Source: Phaeosaccion multiseriatum
Lineage: Eukaryota > Protista > Ochrophyta, other classes
Reading direction: 5' to 3'
DNA: 64,000 nt
NCBI GenBank assembly: GCA_965112735.1
Contig: OZ218955.1
Coordinates: forward strand, 2,480,001 to 2,544,000
Numbering within the stretch: position 1 is the stretch's first letter; each line of letters begins with the position of its first letter. Positions 25,692-38,435 of the stretch are shown piece after piece. Under the pieces are notes generated by a model, which saw only the letters and a list, made by a program, of their open reading frames with translations, searched no databases and was not told the origin of the DNA. Made by a program: the position numbers and the translations under genes.

Positions 25692-27254
25692 GGCTGCTAG
25701 TACTATTACTACTGCTACTGCTGCTGCTGTTACTACTGCTACTGCCACCGCCGCCGCCACCACCAGGACCCGCACGGCCACCGGCACGGTTGTTCCAGCT
25801 CCTGCTGCTGCTACCGCTGCTGTTGCTGTCACTACGCTCGGTTCTACTCGTGCCAAGGCGGCCACCCATGCCGTTATCACTACCGCCGCTGAACGGGTCA
25901 GTGTCATCGTCGTCACTCCCTCTGTCGCCGCCACTGCCGCTCTCACCGGCGCTGCTCCCTTCCACCAAGATGACCTCTTTGCCAGCCTTCAAGCCCCTCT
26001 CTAAGTCCCCCCCCTCCAAGGATGGCTCCTCCAAGGAGGGCTCCAATGGCTCCAGGGAGGGGGAGCTGGCTGGGGAGGACGACGTCACGCCTTCCTCAGA
26101 CGTGTCCATCATCTCCGTCTCCGTCAAGGCGCCTTGCCCCTCTTGCCTCTGCGCCCCTTGCTCGCCCTCCCCGCCTCCCCCCTCAAGCTTGGAGTCAACC
26201 TCCCTCTCGCTCTTCGAGTCAGTTTCCTCCCTCCTCGCCTGCATCGTCGTCGCCTCTTCGGCCCTCTCCTCTCCTCTGTCTGGCGCCTCTTGCGCCACGT
26301 GCACATGGGACTTCACCGCTGGTCTCTCTGCCCTGTCTGCTCTCTCTGCCGCATGTGCCGGCACGACTGTCCCGTTTGCTGCACACCCCAGGCCTACGTC
26401 TACGCCACTCCCAATCCCCTCATCTTCCTTGGCACGCACATGCGTAGGCAGTGCTACTGCTGTACCACCAACTGTTGGCAGTGCTACTGCTGCTGCTGCT
26501 ACTGCTGGCCGGCCTCTCTCTCGCGCTGCAGCTGCCTGATCGACAGCCCCGCTCCCCCTTCCGGCTCCCTCCCCTCTCGCTCCTCCTCTCACACCCCTCA
26601 TACTTGCTTCTTCCCCAGCAGTACCAGAGCACTCCCCTTCTCCTTCTTGCCGCCCTTCCTTCGACTCCACCGGCTCCTTCGGCTGCGGTACTCGTGCCGC
26701 TTCGATCTGCACCTCCGGTCCCTGCCCCTGCTGCGTTTCCTCCCTCTGCCTGTGCCCCTCCTGTCCCTGCCCCTTCCTCTTGACGCTGTGGGTGCCACCA
26801 GACGAGGCGGAACGCTCCCCTGGGCTGGTCAGCTTGCGAAAAGCGTGCAGGCGGGCTTTGTTGATGTGAACAAAGTCACCAGGCCTTAGCACGAAGTGGG
26901 AGGGGCTGTAGTGCAGACGCCTCAGTTCCTCCAGCTGTGCCTCCTCGGGCCAGGGCGGCTTGGCCGTGTTGGAGTGAGGCAGGTCGTGGTAAGTTGACTC
27001 AGTCTGCTTGTCGGCCCAAGAGTCCTCAGCATGAGCATCAGCAGTCGCGGTGGCAGAGGAGGCATGCCTTGCTCTCTTCTTCCCTTTCCTCCCTCCCTTC
27101 TGGCGCATCTGCTTCCCCCCCCCCTGCCCCTGACCCTCCTGGCCCTCCTCTCTGCTGCCGCTCTTGTCCTTTCTGTGCAGGATTCTCATGGCGTTTGCAG
27201 TGTTGGGACCGTCAAGCCGCCGCAGCATGATCTGGCCAAGGAGAACAGATGAGA

Positions 27255-27291
<37 letters not shown>

Positions 27292-30200
27292 AATAAGGGC
27301 ATGATTTGGCAACGAATGTGCCTGACCGTGTCCTCTGTGTTTGACCACTTCAATGAAAAGCCTGTGAAGCACTTGCCAAGCCCTTGTCAAGCACACGTAC
27401 CACTTCATTGAAGCCTGTCAAGCAGAGGTGGCCGGAGTCTACCGTGCCGTGCCCGTCTTGGTGGAAGGTGGTGAAGGCCCCGGGGGGCGTGATATACACA
27501 TTGGGCCCCATGAAGGGCCGGCCTTCCACCGGCACGTACTGCAGCGCGCAGTTGGAGCCCGCCGGGAGCAGGTCCAGAGCAGCACCACACGAAAAGCCTC
27601 CTCCTCCTCCTGCTCCTCCTCCTCCTCCTGCTCCTCCTTCTCCTCCTCCTCCTGCTCCTCCTCCTGCTCCTCCTCCCCCCCCTCCTCCTCCCCCTCCCCC
27701 CGTCCCCCTGCTGCTGCCCACTTGCCGCGGAGGGCCCCTCAGCCCCCCAGTGCCGAAGTGGCGCATCAAGTCAGCCAAGAGCTCTGGTAGGTGCCTGCTG
27801 ATGTCCAAGTCTGTAAGATACAGCACCTCGTTCAGTACATCGATGCTCCGCTCCTCGCCATCGTTGTCTGTGACTCTGATCACAGGACGAGCGCCCGGCT
27901 CCCAGTGCTGCCACACATATACAGGGTGGATTGATAGGGGGGGGGGGGATGGCGAGAGAGCAGAGAGAGGGAGAGAGGACGGACAGAAGATGAGCAAGAA
28001 GAAGAGAAAGTAGCAGAGCGCCTCCTTAACACCCACGATACCCATCTACCCCACCCATCCACCCACCTTCACCCACCACACAGACACACACACACAAGGG
28101 CACGAACGACGAGTCTCGGCCCCTCCTGCATACGCACACGCGCGCACACAAACACACGCACACACACATACGCAGGGCACGCACACCCACCTGCAAGATT
28201 GCGCCTCCTCTCCCCCTCCCCCTCCGTGTGTGCGCCCTGCCCTTGCCCCTCCTGGCCCTCGCCTCTGCCGCCTCTGCCTCTGCCGCCACTTTGGAGGCGA
28301 CTTGCCGCTCCTTCCCAATCCTGCTGCTGCTCCTCGTCCCCCCCACCCCGACGTCCGCCGTGTCTGGACGAGGGGAGCACCCCCCCCCCCCACCCCCGGC
28401 CGCAGCCCCCCTAACCGTAGCCGCCGCCGCTGCCCCAGCCCCTGCCCTTGCCCCTCCGCTGCTGCTGCTGCCCTCCCCGGCCGCGCCTCTATCCTCAGCA
28501 GCGAGCGGCTCACAGAAGCCATCTGCGAGCCCCTCTGTGCAACCATCTCCACGCGGAAGAAGCGCGTCAGGCGCAGCGGCAGTTGGTGATACAGTAGCAG
28601 CATCAGCAGCAGCCGGCTCTGTCGGTGGAATAGGCCGTGCTGTTGGAGGGGGCATCGGCGTGGACCCCGCTTCTGCTTGTGCTGGCGCCCCCTCTTTTTC
28701 TCCCAAGCAGAGTCTCACCTTCTTCCGCGGTCCTCTTTCTGCCTCATCCTCGCCACTCCTACCATTGTCATCATCAGCAGGAGCATCACCCTCATCGTCA
28801 TCACCATTCTCCTCGCCGTCCTCCATCCGATTGCCGCCGTCCTTGCGATCCTCCCTCTTGCCGGGAGCGGCATCATCATCACTATCATCACCACCACCTC
28901 CATCACCGCGGCTATGGCTCTCCCCAAAAGCATCCCCCCCCTCATCGTCATGCCCCCCCCCCGCCCCCGCGCCGCTGCTATACAGTGCTGCGCCTCCATC
29001 ATCACCACCACCACCACTTGCGGCGCCTCCTCCTCCTCCTCCTCCTCCTCCTCCTCCTCCTCCTCCTCCTCCTCCTCCTCCTCCTCCTCTCTCGCCGGCA
29101 GGTGCGCGCTGAGGGGCCTCGTGCTGCTCCTCGTCATCGTCCCCAGTCATAGCTCTCCACCCGTCGCACACCTTTTGCACCGCCTCTGTGCTCAAGCGTC
29201 CCTCCCTCCACCGCAGGGCGTACTCGCGACACACCAAGTAACGCGTGTAGGCATCGAAGGCCATGCTCGCCCAGCACTCAGAGGGATCCCCGGACACCTC
29301 CTCGTACAAGGGAGCCCCGTCGATGGAGCAGCGAGACGCGGGACAAAAAGGGGCCAACACTGCTGCGGTATCACCAACTGTTGTCTTTGCTTTGGGTGCG
29401 GCCGGCTGCCCCTCTCTCGCTTTCCGCCCTCCCTCGCCCCCTGAGCTCTCAGCATCCGAAGGCCCCACCGATGACGCGGGAGTTGCTGGCGACGACGCGG
29501 CGACACCCTCCTCGGCACCTCCGGCACCCCCCTGGGCAGAGCTTCCCCCACCCCCACCCCCTCCCCCTCCCCCTGGCTCCAGCCCTGCAGCCTCGCCCCC
29601 CCCTCCCGATGCGCATGCACCTGAGCTCCGCTGCAAGGGAACGGACACTCCTGTGCGTGGAGCTGTGGGTGAGGCTGTGGGTGGGGGTGAGGCGGCTGCT
29701 GTTGGTACGGCTGTTGGTGGTACAGGTACCTTGGCGGCCTTGCGCCGATGAAACACTTTAAAGCTGTGCATCATAACATTGGCCATTCTGCGCTCAGGGG
29801 AGGGGTGGATGGCAGACGATGGCAGGCGATGGGACGGGATGGGATGAGATGGCCAGCGAGGGAGGGGGTTGAGGCTCAAATCCTACGCCTACTCCCTTCT
29901 GTCTTCATAACGATAGGGAAAGAAAGAAACGAATGCTCTACCTATCCACCTATCTACTCCATCCACCAGCGGCACAAGCCCTCAGCCAGTCCAGCCACAC
30001 ATGCACGCACGCACGCACACATACACACACATGCAACACTTGACTTACCTATTGTTGACGTACTCCATGTTCCAGAGGCTGGGGTCTAACCCCGCCCCGA
30101 GGCCCCTCATGATGACCGTTACATCTGGACACTCCATGAGGCGAAGTACAAAGTCGATGTCCTGCTGCTTCACCACGCGCTGCCTCACCACTTGCGCCCC

Positions 30201-33200
30201 CCTCCCATCCTCCTCTCTGCCCTTCCCCCCCATGCCACTGGTCTCCGCTGCTGGATGCGCCTGAGCTCGTATGGAAGGGAAAAAGAGGGGGCGCGGGCAG
30301 AGGGAAGAGCAGGGAAGGGAAGAGAGGAGCAGGCTGAGGCCGATGGACCGCTGGACACCCGTACGCACACAAACACACACATATACACAGATACACACAC
30401 CCACACACACCTACACATCGCACACAAACGCATGTATACACAGATACACCCACGGATACCCCCACACATGTCTACACATACACACACATGCATCGCACCT
30501 CCCAAAAGTCCTTTAGCTCCATATTGAAGCTCATCCCTCTGAAGTTGGCAACGACCACCCCCTCCTCCTCATCCACAGAGAAGGTGTCCGGACTGCAGTC
30601 CTCCGGCACCGGCGGAATGGCCGAGCGCTCCTTCGGGAGGAGGTGCAGCGGAAGGGGGAGGTGCATATCAAGAATGTCCGACACAAGCCCTGCGTCAGGG
30701 TGGCGAGGCGCCTTGCTGCAAAGGGCGGGCAGCGCGGGGGGAGAGCCTTTGGGCCGCTTCTGCTCCTTGCTCTTCTTGCGCTGCTGCTCCTGCTGCTTCC
30801 GCCGCTCCTGCTGGATGCGATCGAGCTTGGCCTGCACCTTGATGAGTTTCTGTTGCTGCTCCTGCTGCTGCTTCTGCTGCTGCTTCTGCTGTTGGCGATA
30901 GACCTTGTCATTCTCCTTGACCTCTTCCACCAGGCGCTCACGAGACGCTTGAGCCGCACTAAGCTGGCGCCGAAGCTGCGCCACCATGCTGTCACTACGG
31001 CTCTTACTGCTACCGCTGCTTCTCTTCTTGCTGCCGCTGCTGCTCTTACTGCAGCTGCTCCTGCGCTCGTGATGATTCGAGCCTGGAACATGCCGGCGCT
31101 TGCCGCCACTCGTGTGAGCGCTCGGACTCAAATTGCTGACGTCTCTCTTCCTCTTTACCCCTGCCCCTCGCTCTGCTCCAGCGGGAGGGGCAGCCCCCTT
31201 CCCTTTGGCCTTGACCCTTTCTACCGCCGACCCACTCCATACCGGAGGAGGGGCGAAAGACGTCCCCGGCCGGGCACCCCTCTCTAGGGGGGCCTTGGAC
31301 CCGGCGACTGCGTGGTGGTGCACAAGCCTCGGGTTTCTGTCGTCCTGCTGCGCCTTGCTGACTGTTCTTACCCTCTTGCCCTCCACAATGTTCTTGGTGT
31401 CAAGGTTCCCCTCAATGAGGCTCTGAGGGGGCGGTGACGTCGTGGACACCTTCCAGAAGCGTGGCTCCCCCTTGCTGCGCTCGGACTGAGAGAGGGAACG
31501 CGGCACGGAGGACGAACTGAACGCTCCGGCTGCTGCTGCCGCTGCCGCTGCTGCTGCTGCTGCGACGGCTGCTATTGCTGTTTCCTTTTCCTTTTCCTCA
31601 GCCAGCCCTTCGGCCTTGAGAGTCTTTCTCGGCACCCTCTTGGTGTGGATAAGGTGCGCGACATTGATGTCTGCCGCCACAGGGTCAAGCCGAGTGCCGG
31701 ACTCCCCCCCTGCTGGTGCGTCTGCTCCTCCTCTTCCTGCAGCAGCTGCTGCTGCTGCTGCTCCTCCTCCTGGTTCCCCTGCTCCTCCTCTTGATCCTTC
31801 CTCTCCTCCTGCTCCTCCTCCTCCTCCTCCTCCTCCTCCTCCTCCTCCTCCTCCTCCTCCTCCCCTTCCAGGGCGGGTCACCTTGGCCCCGGCCTTCACC
31901 GCGACAGCTTCTTCTCCTCTCTCTCCTTCCCGTCCACCCTTTGAATGCGAGCGGCTTCTTCCGCCTCCTTTCCGCCCTTTCTCATGCGCACGCCCCCTCT
32001 TGGGCGCCGCAGTAGTGGCCACTGCGCCCAGTGTCCTATCCGCCCCCCCACTCACCCCCCCCGTCCCCAGCACGTCGTCCTCCACAGCCTTGGCCCCGAC
32101 CTTCGCGGGTGTGCGCCCTGTCTTGCGGGAGATGGAGATGGCACCCTCCACTGCACTGACACTCGAACTGTCAATGTCCGGCAAGTTCTCGAGGGTCTTG
32201 GTGGCCGGCCTGCGCTCTCTTTTGGTGGAGAGAACGTTCCTGGCGGTGAGGTCGGCATTCACCGATTGCGGTGCGTCCCGAGGAAGGCTGCTCTGTTTGG
32301 GCTTGCCCTTCTTAGAGGAGTGAGAGCGTGAGGAGGAGCGAGAGGAGGGGTGAGAGCGAGCGCCGTGTCCATGTATACGCTTGGGCTGCGGCGGGACTTG
32401 CTCTTGCTCTTGCCCCTGCTCTCGCTCTTGCCCCTGCTTCTGCTTATGCTCCTGCTCTTGCCCCTGCTTCTGCTTATGCTCCTGCTCTTGCCCCCGCTCT
32501 TGCTCTTGCCTCTCCCCTTGCTTTTGTTCCTGCTCTTGCTTTTGCTCTTTCTCTTGTTCCTGCTCTTGCTTTTGCTCTTTCTCCTGTTCCTGCTCTTGCT
32601 TTTGCTCTTTCTCTTCTTCCTGCTCTTGCTTTTGCTCTTTCTCTTGCTCCTGCTCTTGCCCCTGCTCTTGCCCCTGCTCTTTCTCTTGCCCCTCCTCTCG
32701 CTCGTGCCCCTGGTGCTGCTCTTCCATTTGCTTCTGCTGCTGCTCTTGCTCCTGCTGCTGCTGCTGCTCTTGCTCTCGCCCCTGCTCTTGCTGCTGCTGC
32801 TCTTGCCCCTGCTCTTGCCCCTGCTCTTGCCCCTGCTCTTGCCCGAGCTCATCAAGTGCAGGTCTTACCGAGGCCCCATTTTCGCCGCATTCCTCCCCAG
32901 CAGGCGCCTCACCAGCTCCAGCACTCGCGAGAGCTGTGCTGCAGGCGACACGGCCACCACCAGGACGGCTGCCATCGGCCACGGTAGAGCCGGAGGTGGA
33001 AGCAACAGGGGCCAGCGATTGCGGATCCAAGTCTGTGAGCTCAAAGCCATCCGCTGCAAGAGCGGCGTGGCCAAGGCCAAGAGGGGACGTGTTGCCTGCG
33101 TCCGCTTGAAAGAAACTTTGAAACTCGTTCGAAGGAAGACCTTCGTCACCACCACCCTCCTCAGCAGCAGCAGCAGCAGCTGGCTTCTCAATCCTACAGC

Positions 33201-33510
33201 TTCCGGCCGCGACAGCCGGGAGATGGGCAGGACGCTCGCCCGGGGCTGTACCCTCACCCGGGGCCCCACCTGCACTGCTGTGTTGTGGAAGTGGAGGCGT
33301 CCCTTCCACAGAACGGTGCAGGGCAGTTTCTGTTGCTGATGCTGCTTCTTGTGCGCCGCTCATCGGTGTGGACATGTGGCCATGGCCGGCACCCAAAGGG
33401 GTCGGAGGAGGCCGGGCCCGGTCTGTTCCTGCGAGATTCTCCGCCGCGAAGGAAGACGGGGAAGTACGTGCAGGAGGACGCTTCCTTATCTTCTTCGGCT
33501 CCATGGTCAT
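22511..33510 (-). CDS. Very large JmjC-domain protein (putative histone demethylase) with C-terminal Cys/His zinc-binding region
   Basis: JmjC motifs FMGPNVYITPPGAFTTFHQDGHGTVDSGH (HxD), FVLRPGDFVHINKARLHAF (distal His) and CVSVAWDW. Downstream lie FKCRICR|AELHNTYRHCMGC...CLEC and CEQC...CVTC...CTCHCH. The exons are long and low-complexity (Q/E, G, S), and some boundaries are approximate. Confidence 0.8.
32395..32845 (-). repeat. Q/E-rich coding minisatellite (EQGQEQ/EQKQEQ)
   Basis: Tandem ctgctcttgccc-type units within the first exon of the JmjC gene. Confidence 0.9.
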
Positions 33511-34068
33511 GATGTGAGAGAGCTTGTTGATGTTTATTGCCTCAACTCAAGGCCCATTGTGCCGTGCGCTGCTTCGCCTTTGTAATCGAAGCTCCATCAA
33601 TGGGTGATCCACCTGCCACACATATATGCAAAGCAATGGGAGCACGCGGAACATACATAGCACTCTTAGAAGGCTCTCTTCTATCCAAACCTTGACTCCC
33701 TTTCCAAAGTCAACAATTCGTTGGTCTTTCTTACCTCGCTCCTTGCCGAGGAAGCGACTCCTGCGGAGATCTCCACAAGAAGGAAGAAGCTCCTCTCTCT
33801 ACGTTTCTCTCGTTCTATTTTGTGCCTGTGGCGGCTCCTCTGCCAAGTGGAGAGAGGGAAAAAGAGGGAGGGGAGAGAGGGTCATCCCCGGCCCTACGTA
33901 AGCTTACGTGTAGAATTTTCCGTTGCTCGAGGACCGATCGATGTCTCCATTCCTCACACACCTACACCTACCAGCCATCGGGAGATGCACCACCCATCGA
34001 CCAACCACTCCACGACTCTGATGCCGCGGCGGTAACCTGAAGCGAGAGCTGCTGCAGAAGCAGCAGAG

Positions 34069-35472
34069 ATGATGGCATCACCCCGTTCCATTGTGGCAGC
34101 CGTCGTGTTGGGGCTTCTTGCGCTGCTCAGCAGCGGCGGCAACAGCCGCAGCCCAGGGGGAAGCTGGTGGTGGAGGGTGGGCAGTGCGTTTGGCTCCAGC
34201 GGCGGCATTCTGCAAGGCGTGGACGCCTTCCATAACACCTCCATCTCGTTCAGCCCCAACGAAGTGGGGCAGCACGCCGAAATCGCCCTCCACTTTATTC
34301 CAACCGAGACCATCCAAGCGGGCCGACACATGTATCTCAACCTGTATGGCTTCACCTCGGGCGAGCGGAACGGGACCAGAGGCTTTGCAATCGGAGGACT
34401 CGGGGACCAGAGTCTGCAGCTGTATTCTCCTCAGAACGCGTTCACGGGCTACTACTCCGAGGGCTCTCTCTATGCAGGCTTTGGGGATAGCCGTCTGCAC
34501 ATCTACCCGACCAAGGTAAGTGTGTGTGTGTGTGGTCATTATGTTGGGTCGGATGATCCTCTTTGCCGTCTTGTCCCCTCCTCCTCCTTCTCACCTTGCT
34601 GTCTCTCTCGCGGCTGGGTGCCCCACCCTGCCCTCTCACAGGACCTGCTCACCTCTGTGAACTACACCATCTACATCGACCGCGCCAACCGCCTGCAGAG
34701 CCTCTGCGGCCACAAGGAGGACTTCGGCAACTTCACGTGGACTCTCCCGTTCGACAAGGATCGGGGACCCGCAGTGAACTACTCTATTGAGAGCGTGCAG
34801 CCGGTCACAGGTTGGTGCAGAGCTGCAGAGCTGGTATGGAGCTTGTGGGGCGTCCTCAACCCCTTCCATCTTCTTTTTACTCCCCTCGGGGTTATCTTAT
34901 TTCCTTTCTGCTGGGCATGTGAGAGTTCTGCTCCTGCTCTCCTCATCTCTCCATTCTCTCCCTCTCTCTCTTCTACCCTAGTCTCCTCTGCTCTGCCCGT
35001 CTCTCCTCTCCTATGCTCGGCTCATCTCCTCTGCTCTGCCCTACTCTCCCCATCTCTCTCCTCTCCTATCTCTCTGGCTCTGCTCTGCAGGGGAATGCTT
35101 CTTGTCCGACCCCTGGATGACGTTTGTTCCGCAGCTGCCCAACCGCAAGACGGAGGTGGCGCTCAGCTTCCGCCCGCCGCTGGACCTTGTGGCCGGAGAC
35201 GAGGTGACCTTCGCCATGCCAGGCTTCACCAACGGGGGGGGGGAGGGCGTGAGGGGAGAGGACAAGAGCTATGGCCGCATAGGTGGGTGGGGTGACGGAA
35301 GGGGAAGGAGAGCGACAGAGAGGCACACAGCAGGCATGTGGGCGGGCCATTAAAGGTGTGCGTTACTTTCTCTTGGGGTAGAGGTAGTTGGTTCTCGCCT
35401 CTTTGTCTCTTGTCTGTGGGGCTCCTTGCGATGAAAGAGCTTGGGGGTACTTGTACAAGTAGACCCCGTCTA

Positions 35473-35542
<70 letters not shown>

Positions 35543-36935
35543 ATCTGCCCGTCTGTCCTGACACCAACGGACGTCACCCTTGCCCTGGCCCACCTCTTGC
35601 CATCCTATCCACGCACACACACACACAGAGCTTGACGAGGGCAACAGCACCTTTGAAGCGGCCTGGACGGAGGGCGAGTATGAGCCCGGTGGGAGAGGCT
35701 TCTCCGCCTCTGCGCTCTCTCTCCGAGTGAGGAGCGATGCCGACGCCGTCGATTCAGCAAAGGCCGACAGCCATTTGGAGGTGGTGGTGACAACCGCGAA
35801 CAGCCTCATGACCACGTGTGGCTTCCCGGAGAACTGGACGGAGCTGACCTTCTCCGTCGCGGCCAATAACAGCGATAGGGAGTGGACGGTCACGAGGGCC
35901 ACTCTAAACTACTCCGAGCCGATAGGGGCGGGCTGCAAGGAGCTCAACTATTGCTCGGGACAGGGGGAGTGCGACTACTGCCGACAGAGATGTAACTGTC
36001 TCGACGGCTTCGGATCCAATACAGACGCCGCCTTTCTCGCCGGCGCGCAGGTGGACGGCGGTGGTGGAGGAAGCAGCATCTCGCCCGACTGCTCAGAGCG
36101 AATGTGCCCCATTGGCCGGGTGTGGCAGCCGAGGGTTGGGGGAAGCAACCCTCGAGTGCTGCCCGACGAGTCACGACTGATGGGGGAGTGCAGCAACGTT
36201 GGTACCTGCATACGCAGTCTCGGCTTTTGTCAGTGCCCCGACGGGTACAGTGGGCCTGCTTGCGAGCGGGCGGGTTGTCCGAACGACTGCTCCGGCCACG
36301 GGGCGTGCAAGGACATACGCTTGCTGGCCAGGCTAGACGAGGCGCTGCCATTAAGGAGAGCCAGCAACAGGTGAGTGGGCAGGGTAGGGCAAGAGCAGGG
36401 CTGCGGTGGGCGGTGTTTGTTGCCTCGGGCTGGACCATTCCCGTCGGCGTGTGTATCATGTGATGTGCGTGTGCACGTAGTTCCTTCCCTACCCTCCATT
36501 TCCTCCCTCTCTCCCTAACCTCCGCCCCTCCCCCCCCCTTGTAGCACTGTCTACGCGCTGTCCGACTCTGCAGGAGACGTGTGGGACGGACGCTCCGTGG
36601 GTGCGTGCGTGTGCGACTCCTCCTGGGAAGTGGGGCTGGGCTCCGGCCAAACACAAGAGGCCGAGTACTTTGCACCGGACTGCAGCCTACGGCACTGCCC
36701 CTCTGGAGACGACCCAGACACCACGGACGTGGACGAAACCGACTGTTTCAACGTAACCGCCGCCGGAGCGAGTACGAGTGGCAGCAGCGACCGCAGCGGG
36801 GTGGGAGAGGTGGGGAATCTTTGCCACGTGGAGTGTAGCAATCGCGGGATGTGTGACTCCTCGTCCGGCGAGTGCAGGTGCTTCCCCGGGTACAGCGGGC
36901 AGGCGTGTCAGCTCAGGGACGTGCTCGCCCAATGA
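34069..36935 (+). CDS. Secreted EGF-like (tenascin-type) repeat protein of the stramenopile mastigoneme/Sig1-Ocm family
   Basis: Signal peptide, then ECSNVGTC...CQCPDGYSGPACERAGCPNDCSGHGAC, WDGRSVGACVCD, DCSLRHCPSGDDP and ECSNRGMCDSSSGECRCFPGYSGQAC. This motif order is typical of tubular mastigoneme/Sig proteins. Confidence 0.8.
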
Positions 36936-37618
36936 AAAGGCACAAGAGGCGATGACCGAGACGTCCCATCCACTGCCATCCCATCCCATCCCATCCCATC
37001 ACGCCCCATTTCCCGAGCTATTGAGCGAGAGTGGGGGAGTGAAGGTGGAAGGAAAGATAGAAAGCAAGCTCGGTGGCGGCGGCGCAGTGACGAGAGAGAG
37101 GGAAGCTCACGAATGGGACATTGGCTGGCTGATGGGGCCTTCCTTCCTTTGGGGCTACCCACTTCGACGGTAACCCTTTGAGCCATTGGTGCTTCAGCCC
37201 TGTGAACTTGCCCAACAGGACGCATCACCTACCGCCTGGGGCCAGCAGCGGCCCACTCGAAACTAAGCTTTGCATCGCAGTGGGTGAACCCCAGCTGGCA
37301 GGAGGCAGGAGTGATGAGTGAGCTCGTCCTGCTTGCCTGCCTGCGCGGCCGTGATCGAGAGGAGGATGAACTCACCTAACAGCGTGAGTGGTGCCACTTT
37401 GCTTTACGACCGCATCCCGTGTACAAGAGGAGAGCGAAGGGTTCATTCTTTCACCCCCTGGACTGCACTTGAGCCGTCGATTCCCCCCTCCTTCCCTCCG
37501 CTCTTCGACGAGGCTTAGAGGAGAGTAGAGAAGATCTCGTGACTGAGCGTGGCTAAGGGTTGACGGCACTGGATGCCTGCTCGAGGCTTCTCCCGAGAGA
37601 GAGAGAGAGAGAGAGAGT

Positions 37619-37649
<31 letters not shown>

Positions 37650-38178
37650 AGGTGGAGGTATTGGTCGTCTCGCTCTCGGACGAGAGAGAGAGATGTAGGG
37701 GTTGACGCTGTTGAGGTTACTCGGTCTCCGTCGCTGGATGTAGATGATGCGAAGGAGAGGTAGGCAGGTATAGATTGTGTGTGTATGCGTCAGTCGGCAG
37801 TCGTGTGAGACTAGCAAAGACTGGGGCAATACGATGCGGTAACGGTCAGTTGACAGCGTGCAGCAATGGGGAGTTTGAGGCTCGTAAGACGCCAGTGGAC
37901 GAGGCGAATGACAAACAGAGGGCAAGCAATGGAACCGAAGAGGAGGGGAGGGCGACACTGGATAGTGCAACCTTACCTCGAGTCCATAGTTGATGATTAC
38001 TTGCGGCAGAAAGGGATGTTGAATGTCCTATTTTGGTCTGTTTGTCTGGTTGTGAGCAATAGTTGTGCTCCTAGTCCCCGAGGGGGGAAGATAAGCGTGG
38101 CATGATTGACTGCACGTTGCAGGCCATGTCATCACAGTGTGGTAGCAGAAGGCGCACAGAACATGAGTCTAATGTACG

Positions 38179-38284
38179 ATACTCTTTCAGTCGGAAGCAT
38201 GTAGTTCACAGTTGGCTTGGTACTTCCAACAATACTCTTTCAGTCGGAAGCATGTAGTTCACAGTTGGCTTGGTACTTCCAACA
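38179..38284. repeat. Perfect 53-bp tandem duplication
   Basis: atactctttcagtcggaagcatgtagttcacagttggcttggtacttccaaca occurs twice, at 38179-38231 and 38232-38284. Confidence 0.95.
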
Positions 38285-38435
38285 GACGCTCGTTCAGTGG
38301 AAAGAAGAATAGAAGGAGGGGTATTAAATTAAAGTAACTAAATGTACCTGACCCGCTGTTGCAAACAAGCTGCATGGTTGGTGTAAGGTACGGTCAACAC
38401 AACAAACTGAAGTCTAAACTTAAGGCGTACTCTAG

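Noticed and set aside
32259-33339. Long alternative-frame ORFs (poly-L, poly-C, poly-A, SR-rich)
   Set aside because: They are shadow frames of the Q/E coding repeat in the JmjC gene. The same applies to the many poly-K, poly-F and CV/HT ORFs across microsatellites.
37200-38130. Possible small spliced gene (minus-strand ATGGACTCGAG|gtaagg near 37977 and other donor-like sites)
   Set aside because: I could not assemble a convincing in-frame product or recognise any motif.
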